A DNA stretch of 64,000 bases, taken from the NCBI GenBank assembly GCA_964016885.1, contig OZ024758.1, positions 7,688,001 to 7,752,000 of the forward strand, written 5' to 3'. Position numbers and translations under genes: made by a program. Shown here in pieces: positions 25,740 through 39,103 of this stretch (its first letter is position 1; each line of letters starts with the position of its first letter). Below the pieces are notes generated by a model, which did no database searches, was not told the DNA's origin, and saw only the letters and a program-made list of their open reading frames with translations. This stretch comes from Eledone cirrhosa (Eukaryota).

Positions 25740-25914
25740 TATTTGAATTCTAGTATTTACAAATTCAATTTATTTCCTATTTCTTCAAATTATCTACCTA
25801 TAGACAAGCTTGTTTCTACCTTATTATTTGTTATCAGTACAGATTAAACAGGTTCAAAGAGAGACAGTTTCCTAGTTTATTATTTAAGTATCTAGTTCTA
25901 CATAAGGTAGAGAG

Positions 25915-26370
25915 AGATAGAATCAGAGAGAGAAGAGAAGATAAGATAGAGAAGATAAGAGATGGATTAAGAGAGAGAAGATGAGAGATAGAATCAGAGA
26001 GAGAAGAGATAAAATAAGAAAGAGAAGATAAGAGAGAGAATAAGAGGAAGAAGAGAGAGAATAAGAGGGAGAATACAAGAGAGAGAAGATAAGAGGGAGA
26101 AGATAAGAAATAAAATAAGAAAGAGAAGACAAGAGAGAGAATAAGAGATAAAATAAGAAAGAGAAGACAAGAGAGAGAAGACAAGAGAGAGAAGACAAGA
26201 GGGAGAATACAAGAGAGAGAAGATAAGAGGGAGAAGAGAAGAGATAAAATAAGAAAGAGAAGACAAGAGAGAGAATAAGAGGGAGAAGATAAGAGATATA
26301 TTAAGAGAGAATAAGATAAGAGATAGACAATAGAGATAATAAGAGAGATAAGATAAGAGGGAGATGAGAT
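25915..26370. repeat. Purine-rich (A/G) low-complexity tract
   Basis: Direct inspection. Confidence 0.9.
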
Positions 26371-26492
26371 ACAAAAGCAAGAGTCTGATAGTCCTATATT
26401 TCTTTTGCTTCTTTTTTTCTTTTTCTTTGTTTGTAATCAGGCAGAAAGAGTTAGTTTCTTATAGTATATACAAGTACTTCATTCTAAACCAA

Positions 26493-26555
<63 letters not shown>

Positions 26556-27838
26556 GAAGTAGAGAGAACAGCATCAGCTAAAAGTATTCCTACCAAGTCT
26601 TTCAAAATGCAATCTCATTTTCTCTGTTTTGTCATGTTCATCAATTGAACTTTTTCCTCCTGCATGTCTTTCATTTACAAAGCTTATTTCTTCTTACTTT
26701 CATTATTATTGCTTACTTTGAGCCAGTCAACAAGAGAGGCTTTCTATCAGGAAACTGAAGTCTTTTCGTCTTAAATGCAGTTGCAGCTATCTTGTGTCAT
26801 CAAACAACACAAGTTCTATTAATGGAGTAGCCAGTAACAGCGTAGGAAGTTTATAGAAGATGTAAGAGAGATTCAGACAACTTTTGGCAATATTAAAGAT
26901 GAAAGGATCCTACCTTTCTTAAAAGACATGTGTTGCATACATTAGATGTATATTTTATGGCAACTCAAAAGAAAATAAGGTAGCAGAATTGGAAAGAAAC
27001 TATAAGTAAGGTTTGATAAATATCAGAACCTGTTTGTAAGACATGAGATAGCATATAGAAATGCAATAAAAATAAGGGATGCTACAGTGGGGCCTTTTAA
27101 CTAGTAAAAATATAGACTCAGAGATGAAAAAACAAAAAAAAACTGATTAATTTCAGTATAATAGATAAGATGTGAAACAAATGAAAACCATTTTTAACGA
27201 ACTGTACATTGTTATGGTACTCTTTATAAATGTTTATATAAGTGCCTTTAACCGTTTTGGAAATTTTGCAGTAGAAATGTTATAGCACATTATAAAATTG
27301 TAAGTTATGTTTTATATCTGACTAAATCTTTATAACTAGCTTGAAAATGTGTGCATAAAAGAGAAAGAAATACTTAACCAGCCATCAATATTTCTCATCA
27401 GGTGATGTAAATTTAGTACTTACCTAAAGAAAAAAGAAAGAAAGAAACAATTACCAAATGATAGAATTTTGAGCAGAAATGTCCAAACAACAAAAATGAA
27501 TTCCAAACAATTTAAATAGAAATGTTAAATGAAATTTCTGTAGAGACAGATGATATTAAAGTAAACAAAAGAAAGAAAATGGGAATATTATTTTGTTGTT
27601 CACTGAAGTATTAATGGAGCTGACTCAATCACAAACTGTAATTAAACTTAAACTGTTATTAATGTGAACTTCAGTTTTAAAAAAAATTTGATACAATTTT
27701 GGTTAAAAGAAAAAAACAAAAATAAAGATACTTTATTTCTATTTCGAATAAAAGCAAATTCTTATAACTCACTACAAGAAAAAACATTTCAGATAAATTC
27801 ATCAATTACCATCGAGGCTAAATGTTTTAGGAATCATA

Positions 27839-28015
27839 TAATTGTTTCTAGTTTTGGCACAAGGCCAGCAATTACTCAGTACATTACTGGTACTTTATTT
27901 TATCGACTCCGTAAGGATGAAAGACAAAGTTAACCTCGGCGAGATTTGAACACAGACCGTAAAGGGACGTAACTATGCTGGAAAGCATGGCGTCCAACCC
28001 TCTACCGATACTGCC
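27839..28015 (-). mobile_element. SINE A
   Basis: TSD CATATAAT. Confidence 0.88.
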
Positions 28016-28032
28016 ATATAATAGTTAATATA

Positions 28033-28345
28033 TGGCGGCGAATTGGTAGAGTCATTAGAACACCAGATAGACTGCTTTGAAGTATCCATTCCGGATATCT
28101 ACCATCTGAGTTCAAATCCTGCTGAAGTCAACTTTGCCTTTCGTCCTTTCGGGGTCGCGAAAAAAAGTACTAGTCTAGTACTGGGGTTGATTCTTCCTCT
28201 ATATCTCTTCCCTCTCACTTTCTATCCTTCTCTGGAAGAAATCTGCTGTACTTAGGCCTTGAGAGGGATGAGCTCTGCCAGGCTTAAAATTCCCAAGAAA
28301 CGCTGTATGTCAATACTGTGCCCCTACGATTCCATCAGGAGTTAC
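28033..28345 (+). mobile_element. Older long-tailed SINE
   Basis: GGCGGCGAATTGG head, GAGTTCAAATCC B-box; tail shared with 24775, 49375, 56075. Confidence 0.8.
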
Positions 28346-28370
28346 AGAACTCAGAAGAACGGTTAATATA

Positions 28371-28710
28371 TCTTCTTCTTTGCCCACTTATTCCTAAGGA
28401 GGTCGAGAGGGCTGAGTCCTCAAACATTCCTTCTAACAGGTCCGGTCAGAAGCAACCATCTCCAACTGATCCAGCTGGATCTCCAAATGGGACCAGCCAA
28501 GCTCATGGATGTTATCTAACTATCTTGCTCAGGGTTACAGCTGGGTCTCCTGCTGGTTGGTTTTGCTTGTAAAATCTGTCCAGCGATTTTTCCTAAAACA
28601 TTCTAACCATATATCCATAGTACCGGAGCTATGATCTCTCAATTTGGGGAAGTAGTGACTCTACCTGGAGTGACTCTCTGATCTCCGAGTTACTCACTCA
28701 ATCAAGTAAC
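28371..28710 (-). mobile_element. Decayed RTE-clade LINE 3' end
   Basis: Minus translation VSNSEIRESLQVESLLPQIERS*LRYYGYMVRM...ILQAKPTSRRP matches the RTE C-terminus (IERSQLRWxGHxxRM...GRRPRGRP); (GAA)n tail. Confidence 0.85.
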
Positions 28711-28960
28711 ATTAATGATTTATATAGAAATTTTATGGTTAATATATAACATTTCTAAACCAGTATGATTGAAATAATTTATAAATTTAGATAGATTTAC
28801 ATGTAAATGAGAAGCTAGATATATATACTCTTTTATGGAATATTAAGGAAGCAAATATTTTGTAAGGTGTAACTTGGAGTATTATTGAAAATATAATAGA
28901 AACCTCCTTGAAATTAATTTATTGAATACAACCTATTCAACTTACTGCAGTCATTTTAAA

Positions 28961-29526
28961 CCCTTTTGATACCAAACTGCTTGAAACTGCTCCTGGTTCT
29001 ACAATGTATGTACGGACCCATAACTCCTGAGGGAGTCATAGGCGTGCCATACTGATATCCAGTGTTTCTAGGTGGAAACCATTCTTTTCCAGGTTGTTCT
29101 ACAATACTGCATGTTTTAAAGTGTAGATATATTTATTCAAGAACCTTTCATCATAATTTTATATATAAAAACCTTTCTTAATCCTTTAGCATTCACATTA
29201 CTCTATATATACTATTATATTTTCATGATAAAGGCTTTACCTCACATAATTATCTCACATAGTATCGAATCTATGAGATTTTGAAAGTATTTATTTTGAG
29301 AACAATACCTTAACATCAGTTTGAGCGACCAGTTACAGCCTGTTTCAACAGAAAAAGGTAGAGAATTCTGGCCGGTTTTGGCCGGTTTGAACATTAAAGG
29401 GTTGAGTTATGCTCCAAGCATAACGAGAAAGTTAGTTATATTAATAAATCTCTCCAAATTCTAGAATATTTCCATAATTATTTGAAAATCAAAGGCAGTG
29501 TTTTTCATAAGAAATGTAGTAAAGGG
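28961..29526 (+). mobile_element. piggyBac-like MITE B2 containing nested B1 (29182-29401)
   Basis: CCCTTTTGATACC start, AAAGGG end; inner element inserted at TTAA. Confidence 0.75.
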
Positions 29527-29865
29527 TTTCAGAATGAAATGAAAGGCATACTTGATAGAATACTGGGCGTCTAATTAAAAAGTCGATAGCTTATATGCTG
29601 TCACTGTATTTATAGCCAAATGCCTGATTCCCTATAATCTACCCAGGTACTTATTTGTAGCTACAACTCATAAATGTAAGCAACAAGAGCACTATATAAT
29701 TAACAAGTATTTTATAAGATCGCAGTGCTAACTTTAAGTATTCTCTGAATCATGGAGAAGGCAATAGAAATTGTATTATTTTTATATCCCAATATATCAC
29801 CAGAAGCTCAATCTCACTTTAAAACTTTGAGTGGTACAGGGCAGAATGAAATATTTAAAATATAT

Positions 29866-30072
29866 ACTGTATATACTCGAATATAAGCTGATACAAATAT
29901 AATCAAACCACACTATTTTATGGTTAAGAAATGGGCAAAAATCCAAACAGTATTTATGTAAAATTTGAAGTTGGTGAAAATTATCAAAATATTAGCCACA
30001 AATATAAACCGATCCCTTCTACCATTGATATTTTGGTCACATATTCCTCAACTTATATTCAAGTATATATGG
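29866..30072. mobile_element. Old Tc2/pogo-like MITE
   Basis: TIRs CTGTATATACTCGAATATAAG / CTTATATTCAAGTATATATGG with TA flanks. Confidence 0.6.
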
Positions 30073-30151
30073 TATATAAAAGAAATTTAAGTGATTATAA
30101 ACTTAATTCCTAAACCCAGAGTTAATTTGTTGATAAAAAGGTATTCTATCA

Positions 30152-30316
30152 ATTGGCAGTATCGGTAGAGGGACGCATTGAGTAACGGCCCTTGTCATTC
30201 TGAGTTCAAATCCCACCGAGGTTAACTTTGCCTTTCATCCTTACGGGGTCGATAAAATAAAGTACCCATACTGCACTGGGATAATTGCTGGCCTTGTGCC
30301 AAAAGTAGAAACAATT
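30152..30316 (+). mobile_element. SINE A
   Basis: Family match. Confidence 0.85.
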
Positions 30317-30609
30317 ATTTCTGTTTCATACTCAGTACTAACAATTCTCAGGGCATCTTTTTGTGAAAAGGGGAAGACAAAGAAAGACATGTCTAAAGAT
30401 GGGGAAAGGAAAGCCAAGGGGTCAGTAAGGAGGGATGCAAGCGATAAGGCAAAATAAAGAAACATGTCATGGTACCCATGTATTTAGTACATGAAGTTAT
30501 TGGTAGGAGGAGATTGAGGGAGAGGGATAGACTATAGAACCAAGGAAGAAAATATGTTTGATTGATGAGACTTGAAATATACTCCATATTAGATGTTTAG
30601 GTTAAGACA

Positions 30610-30856
30610 ATAACAACAGTAACAACACCACCACAACCAACAACAACAACAACAACCACAACACCACCACAACCAACAACAACAACCACAACACCACCAC
30701 AACCAACAACAACAACAACCACCACCAACAACAACAACCACCACAACGACCACCACCAACCACCACCACCACCACCACAACCAACAACAACAACAACCAC
30801 CACCACCACAACCAACAACAACAACACCACCACCACCACCACCAACAACTACCACC

Positions 30857-30888
<32 letters not shown>

Positions 30889-31088
30889 CCACAACACCAC
30901 CACAACCAACAACAACAACCATAACACCACCACAACCAACAACAACAACACCACCACCACAACCAACAACAACAACAACAACCACCACCACTACCACAAC
31001 CACAACAACCACCATACCACCACCACAACCACAACAACAACCACCACCACCATACCACCACCACCCGCAACAACAACAACCTCCACCA
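30610..31088. repeat. (CAA)n/(CAC)n compound microsatellite
   Basis: Direct inspection. Confidence 0.95.
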
Positions 31089-31722
31089 AGTAAAAGATAT
31101 GAGAATGTTATGACATGGTATGTTCTGAATGAGTGAAACTAGAGAAAATATGAACTATTTAAGATTTAGACAAGAGAAATTTCTAAATAATGTCACAGGA
31201 GAGTTTAAACAAGATAACATTGATTTTATATATTAGTTTAGATTTCATAAAAAATCTTATGCATAAAACATTATATGCAATAGGGTAAATCAAATTCTTA
31301 TTCTTTTAATAGCTTCAGTCATTTGACTGCAGCCTTGGTATTATTTTATCGAGATCTATTTATTGAAATGATAAGTTATGATTGTCTTTTTGGGAGTTTT
31401 TATATAGAGAACAGCAGTTTTTACATCTTGTGTTGTGTTGAACACATGAACACACCATGTGTTGTGATGAACACATAAACGCACCATGTGTTGTGATGAA
31501 CACATGAACACACTATGTGTTGTGATGAACACATAAACGCACCATGCATATGTTAAGATATTAAAACATGGGCGGAGGTGGTGAGAGCTGACCTCAGATC
31601 ACTGAAGCTCACACAGGAGATGACGAAGAACCGTGATGAATGAAGAGATGCTGTGATGAAGAGGACCCGTCCAACCCTTGCAAGCAAGGAAAAGCGGATG
31701 TAAAATGATTATATATACATAT

Positions 31723-31765
<43 letters not shown>

Positions 31766-31790
31766 CACACACATATATATATATACACAA

Positions 31791-31826
<36 letters not shown>

Positions 31827-31894
31827 TTGATAATGATTAATGAAACTATGGAAGAAAATTATCCACCCCTTCTTTGGTGACACAAAAAGCTCCC

Positions 31895-32070
31895 AGTCAA
31901 CACAGTAAATGTGGTTGGCATCAGGAAGGGCAGACAGCCATAAAAACCAGGCCAGAAACAGTTCTATATGAGCAAAACATGGTAATTTGATCTGATTTGT
32001 CTCACAACAGGACAACTAGTTTAACCCATGCTAGTTTGGAAAAATGGCCATTAAGTGATGATGATGATGA
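31895..32070 (+). mobile_element. (TGA)n-tailed SINE 3' part
   Basis: GTGGTTGGCATCAGGAAGGGC...CCCATGCTAG...TGATGATG. Confidence 0.75.
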
Positions 32071-32294
32071 TATAAATGAATGTAAAATGAAATATGACAC
32101 TGACAGGACTGACAAGATGAGAAAGTCAAGAAAAATCAAGGCTTCAAGTATTGTTGATTATTAAATAAAATCTTTCACTATAAACCCTGTCATGTTTGAC
32201 AGGTACTATGCTAGTATAGTAATATAAATAATCTCTATATATTTTTAGAGAGGCACCCATCGGTCACTAATGACTATGGTTTTGCACCTAGAAT

Positions 32295-32586
32295 GTTTCT
32301 CCTCCAATGCACAAACATGTACAAGTTTGTTTGTGGAAGACCAGCAGTTGCCCATGCATACCAGCCTCTCCCTCTCCATAACATTGATGTTGTCCAAGGG
32401 AAAGGCAATGGCCAATACAACTTGGCACGAATGATGTTGCAACTCATTTCTACAGTTGAGTAAACTGGAGCAACATGAAATAAAGTGTCTTGCTCAAGGA
32501 CACAACGCATCACCCGGTCTGAGAATCAAACTCACAACGTCTCAATTGCAAGCCCAATGCTCTAACCACTAAGCCATGTGCCTTCT
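32295..32586 (-). mobile_element. tRNA-headed CORE-like SINE
   Basis: Minus: TGGCTTAGTGGTTAGAGC head, CCTTGAGCAAGACACTT...CAGTTTACTC core. Confidence 0.8.
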
Positions 32587-33118
32587 GTGTGTGTGTATAT
32601 ATATATATATAGTTCAAATATACAAACAAGCATAAAAGTAAAAGAAAAAGGGCCAAGGTGAAGGTTATTGACTTAAAACCATTTTCAAAGTATCTTATAA
32701 GACAGTTGGTTAGGGTGGAGGAAAGGGATAAAAAAAAGAAAAAAGCCCACTTGAACTTGTCAATACACCAACCTAGAAAAGCCTAATCTAAAGCCATCAG
32801 AGCCAGGAAAAAATGTAGAGCAGAAGATGGCTATAATAATTATACTTTAAAGAAGCTTAGTTTTAATAGCAACCATACAACAGATTATCTCTAATGTTGA
32901 TGATCTTCTGAAAATTATAGCCTTATCGAAGTAACTCATTACATTTTGCTTGTTTAAAAACAAATTACTCTATGAAAATGTAGAAGAAAATTAGCAATAA
33001 TGACGATGGTTGAATTTCAATTTTCTTATTTTTCAGATAACAGCCATGGGATATTCTGGTAACGATTTATGAATATCAAACTTTCAATCAGTTCAGTTTA
33101 TTTTGGTGTAATACAATC

Positions 33119-33178
<60 letters not shown>

Positions 33179-33747
33179 CATACCTACATACATATATATG
33201 CACATATATATATATACATACATACCTACATCCATATATATAAACAATTCCTTACTCACCAAATTGTATTATTCCCAAAGGAATAATATTTATTGAAATC
33301 TATGAAGCATACTTCTATCTAATTAACTACTTTAACTAAAAAGAAACATATAAAAACAACATGAAACCAAACAACAAAACAAACATATATCTTATATATC
33401 TAAAAGCTGTTTCTTGTACATTTACAAGATTAACTCTTTCAAGATTTAATCAAGACAAACATAAATATGATAGGATGCGCTAGAAAACCATAACAATTTT
33501 TATTTTATTTTATACTCCTACATACTTTCTTAGGTTACATTAACAGTGCATAGGTTATGTCTAATTAAATTGAAGGCAAGAGAAAGAAAATGAAATAATA
33601 ATGACTTATGTTGAGAATGTTGTTAATAAAGAGCACTTAAGTAGCAATGAAATGAACAAAAAAATTAGGATAGTGAAGTGTAATTCATTGAGATATAAAC
33701 TGAATATATACACCCATTAAATTACTTCATAGGTTTGTATATAATGG

Positions 33748-34080
33748 AAGATATTGTTTTTAGCTACTTGCAAGTAGCTAAAAACAATACCCTACATTGT
33801 AGGGTATTGTTTTTAGCTACTGGCAAGATATTGTTTTTAGCTACTAGCAAGGTATTGGTTTTAGCTACTGCAAGATATTGGTTTTAGCTACTAGCAAGGT
33901 ATTGGTTTTAGCTACTGCAAGATATTGGTTTTAGCTACTAGCAAGGTATTGTTTTTAGCTACTTGCAAGGTATTGGTTTTAGCTACTAGCAAGGTATTGG
34001 TTTTAGCTACTAGCAAGGTATTGTTTTTAGCTACTTGCAAGATTTCATCATCGAAGATATTGTTTTTAGCTACTTGCAAA
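33748..34080. repeat. 24-bp minisatellite with one inverted unit near its start
   Basis: CAAGGTATTG(G/T)TTTTAGCTACTAG; inverted copy at 33771-33796. Confidence 0.92.
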
Positions 34081-34604
34081 ATTTCCAATCCAATCCAGAG
34101 TCTTCTCACTCCAGTTGGAGGAACCCCTCCCTGGTTGGTCTCCATCATTTTCTGTTTAGTTTTGGTCATGTCTTCAGGGATGTAGCCATACTTTACCACA
34201 ATTGGTCAATTGCAGGTTGGTGAGGCTATTTAACCCATAGTTAGGGTGGGTGGTCATTTACTCCGAAGAGGTCATCTGCCTTTTTTACAGCTCTTGTTTT
34301 CTTTTTTTTTTTTTATGTGATGCTGGTATTCCACTTACCCTCATCACCAGACCAGGGTATAGAGGGAGAGCTGTTTTAGTTGGTGATCACTTGACCATGA
34401 AGCAGGTTGTACTGACCTGATCAAGAATTCATTGGTTTGTATATCATGGAAGATATTTACCTACTTCAATGCTCACAAATCTTCCTGGCAGAAAGACAGT
34501 ATGATAATTAGAGAGGATATAATAGAAGCATCACTAAACTCTCTGTTCATCCTTAACAGCTTCTTATATACAAGCCAGGGTATAGAACCTTATCTCTAGA
34601 CATC

Positions 34605-35060
34605 ATCTTATGTACACCCCACCACCACCACACACCATCATCTCCACTACACACCACCACCAGTACCATACACCTAGCCACCAGTAGCACGCCATATCTT
34701 ATGTACCCCCACACCACCACCAGTACCTCACACATAGCCACCAGTATCATATAGCATCTTCTGTACCACACACCACCACCAGTACCTCACACATAGCCAC
34801 CAGTACCACACCACCACCACACACCACCACCAGTACCACACACCACCACCAGTACCACACACCACCACCAGTACCTCACACATAGCCACCAGTATCATAT
34901 AGCATCTTCTGTACCACACACCACCACCAGTACCTCACACATAGCCACCAGTACCACACCACCACCACACACCACCACCAGTACCACACACCACCACCAG
35001 TACCACACACCACCACCAGTACCTCACACATAGCCACAAGTGTCATAGCATCTTCTGTAC
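34605..35060. repeat. CAC-rich compound minisatellite
   Basis: CACCACCACCAGTACC units with larger duplicated blocks. Confidence 0.9.
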
Positions 35061-35586
35061 AACCCAGCAGAAACTTTAGGATTGAGAGGAGTCTTCAGTC
35101 TTTTGGAGAACATGGCAATGCCTCCAGAGCAAGTGAATTAATTTCTTCTAGAATATCACAATAGTGTATGACAAGGAAGAACCCTTTTAGAAGGCAAGGT
35201 GCCAGCAGACACAATCTTCCAACCCTTTCAGAAGGCGAGATGCCAGCAGATACTATCTTTTCTATATATACATAGTTCAATTCGAAAATAACTATTAGTA
35301 ATGCAAAAATAAAGAAAGAAAGAAAATACATTTTAAAACATTCGGAGACAATTTATTAAAGCTATCAAATGCATCCATCCAACTTTTTCCCTATTTCCAA
35401 ACTAACATGGAGTGAAATCTATCTTAAAAGACTAATAATGCTTATCTGGATGCAAGAGTTCATTCAGCGATGGTTATCATTTTAGAATGTAATGAAATGG
35501 CAAGTCATTAATAAATGGCTCTTGGACTTTCCTTTTTTAACATTTTTTTTGTTTTAACAATGAACTTTGAATCTTATGTGAAAGTA

Positions 35587-35760
35587 CAAGGGTGGACTGA
35601 AAAGTCTGACTATGAAGGAGTAATGCTAGTACTGTGAAATCTTGCATGTATTAATTTCAACTCTTCTTATTAATAACAACATTGTTTCTTTCCATAAACC
35701 CCATTTGGTCATTCTATGAGAGTATCTCGATCAGCCTATGAACTCTTCAGCTGACACTCA
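35587..35760 (+). mobile_element. mariner-like MITE
   Basis: TA flanks, family TIRs. Confidence 0.8.
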
Positions 35761-35882
35761 TATTTGTTTAGCAAGACTATTGAGATACTAATAGCAAGAC
35801 TACTGAGATGGTCATGTGATTAGAAATAGCAGGGCTAGCTGTTCAAAGTTTTACCTGAGATCTTTGTACAGCTTCAGCTTTA

Positions 35883-36056
35883 CATGGGTAGCCTGAAAAA
35901 TTCATACTAGAGCTGTGAAATCTTGCATGGATAAAATTTCAACTCTTCTTATTAATAACTGCATTGTTTCTTTGCAGGGACTATGTTGAAAAATAAACCT
36001 CACTTGGTCATTTCATGAGAGTATCTTGGTCAGCCTACGAACTTCTCAGCCGACTC
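35883..36056 (+). mobile_element. mariner-like MITE copied together with the flank of the 21985 copy
   Basis: Shares about 80 bp of upstream flank and diagnostic bases with 21903-22300. Confidence 0.8.
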
Positions 36057-38315
36057 ATATTTGTTTAGCAAGACTATTGAGACACTTCACTAATACTAAG
36101 AGTAACAAGCCCCCCCCCCCCCCCACCGCATCAAAATAAATGTAGGTTAAATTCTTTACTCCATAACAAAGAAGTAATATGATGGTTTAATAAGATTCTT
36201 GAAAAGTTATGGAGACAAAAGCAATTGATTTGCAAATGTAAAGATAAAAAAAATTATAATAAAAAGCAAACAGGAATCTATTGACTTAAGCAAAATAAAA
36301 AGAATTAAAACAAAACTGCTTAAAATCTAATGATTCGAAATTAAAAAGAGAAATACTTGTATAAATGGAGGGATAGAGTGAAATAATTTTAAACTTATTA
36401 ATTAAAAACAAGAGTCAGCATATAGTGAACAGACTACAGCTAGAAAGTATTCCAGAAGAGATCAAATCTACATACAGACCTCAAATATACATCTACACAC
36501 ACATACATATATATATATACATACACACATACCTCAAATATACATCTACACATACATATATACATACACACACACACATACACATACATAAAAACCTCAA
36601 ATATATATCTACACACACCAAACATATACACACACACATACACACATATATATATATATACATACACACACACATACACACATATATATATACATACACA
36701 CATACATATATACGTACAAATATACACAAAATGTGAATTGAGCAGAAATATTAATGATCTTATTTTACAAGATCACCCCACTAAGCCTTGCCTTAGGTTA
36801 AGTCTGAAAAGACCAGGGATAAAGGATGGCATTTATGTAAAGGATAACTTAGGCTAATCATTACATTCAAAAGATGACTCAGCAAAAAATAGCCTGGCCC
36901 TATTTTGCCTATATTTATATTTTGAGAATAACAAATTAGTAGCTGTTCCATTTAGCAGTCTGACTGGATACAGCTACACTTACAAAAAAAAAACAATAAA
37001 AAAAACAAAATAGTAATCACACATATATTTAATAAAAACAAAAAAAAAAATGACACTAAGTATTTGGATTACTTGCAAATTTTCTAAAAGGAAAAGATTT
37101 ATGTTATAATTAACATTTTTGTTATAATAAAAACATTATTGATAGTAGTTTAGAAAATAGAAATCAATTCCTATTGGATATTCACTTTTAAAATTCTCTT
37201 TCAATGTAACTATTGTCTGTATTCACATTTTACTGTAACATATTCAGCATTCATTCCCGGTTTATTCTTCAGATTTGTATTAAAAAAATAATTATATTTA
37301 ATGCAACTTAATTGCTGAGAATATAACAGAAATGAAATATGTTTGTGTTTTTCCTGCATTTAAAATTACAAATGCTGACAATAGTGTAGTAATAAAATTA
37401 AATTGTAAAGAGCCTAAATAATAAAGTTTTATGTTAGCTATTGTTTAAAGTTTTATATTAATTTTCCTAACATGAGTGTGATACTTTAAAATATTGTTAG
37501 AGCAAATGTTTTTATAACTGGACACTTTTCCTAATGTTAATCTCTCAAATGAAATAAGAGAGAAATATATTGATACAAACTATTACAAACTCTCCCCGCC
37601 CTCCAAATTGTTGGCCTTGTGCCTAAATCAGAAACCATTATACACCCTACATACACTTGAAGGATGACAGTATGTTGCTGGTACTTTATTATATCAATCT
37701 TTTAAGGATGGAAGGCAAAGCTAACCTCGACAAGATTTGAACTCAAAATGTAAAAGGGCTGTGACTGAAGCACAGTGTCCGATACTCAACCAATACTGCT
37801 AATCAAATATCCTTTTATGGCTCAATATAATAATAAATACTTTCAACATAATTTTACATTCAGACATTGTGTTCTTGAACACAACATTTCATTTTTCAAG
37901 TCTACTCAGGTAAAAATGAATACCATCAGCAGTAGCAGCTGGGAGGTTAATCCTACAATAGACCCCACCCCATCGGAGGAAGTCTTCTACACCCAGTTGC
38001 TTAATGCTTAATGTCAATGAAATTGGGATAAGCTCCGACCTGATGAGTTTCTGAGTTTGTCTTAGTTCATCTCTGAAGACATGTAGCCTAGTGGTTAGCA
38101 TGTTCGACTCACACTCGTAAATTCATGCGTTCCACTGTATATAAAATGAAAGACTAAAATGCAAATTTGACCTCAGAACAACAAAGCACCAAATTACATA
38201 ACACAAAGCATCTAGGTAGGCTGAGATCATTGTCCTGATGTTAAAATAAAATTAACACAGCCTGTATAACAATAAATCTCAATATTAGAACAACTGATAT
38301 AGATGTTTTGTTTAA

Positions 38316-38579
38316 CACTTTTGTTACCATATTTCTAATAAAAGATATTGCCAATAATGTTCAAATAATTCTGAAAATAATCAAGAATCTGAAGAGATTT
38401 AATTATATAATTAAGTTGGTTATTTGGAACATATATTAACAAAATGTTCTTACATAAAACTATGATGGAAGATTTTAATTTAAATATAGTCATTTTTAAA
38501 CAAGAGGTGGTGTTGCGCAGTTTGGTGTCAAAACATGATAGAATCAGGGGCATTGTTGCACAGTTTAGTGTCAAAAAGG
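38316..38579 (-). mobile_element. piggyBac-like MITE B2, decayed
   Basis: TTAA|CACTTTTGTTACCATATTTC; colinear with 6715. Confidence 0.6.
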
Positions 38580-38972
38580 TCAACTCGTTAAATTAAATCT
38601 ATTTTGATAAGTAGCAACTAATAACCATTGGATATTAAATGAATTTCCAACTGACTAGTTTATTTAACAGTAGTTAAATAATGTTAACTCATTAAATTTA
38701 ATCTATTTTGGTAAGTAGCAACTAATAACCACTGGATATTAGATTCATTTTTGACTAATGAGTTTATTTAATAGCAACATCATAGATGATACCTTGGCAC
38801 CGTGAACACCAGTGGCTTCACAGATGCTCAACTATTTATTCGGCAATGGGCTGGCACCACTGCTCCAGCTAACGGAAAACTGGATGATTACCCAGGTGAG
38901 GTGAGCCGCATGTATTCTAGACATTAGAAAAAGCAAAACGAATGCTTCACCTTCGATGGAGGAGGAGGAGGA

Positions 38973-39103
<131 letters not shown>

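Noticed and set aside
26717-26945. Protein-like short frames on both strands (e.g. QRRKFIEDVREIQTTFG)
   Set aside because: No consistent acceptor/donor pair with an open frame and no recognisable homology
38030-38080. CTGATGAG as a hammerhead core
   Set aside because: No stem II or GAAA; part of a SINE tail
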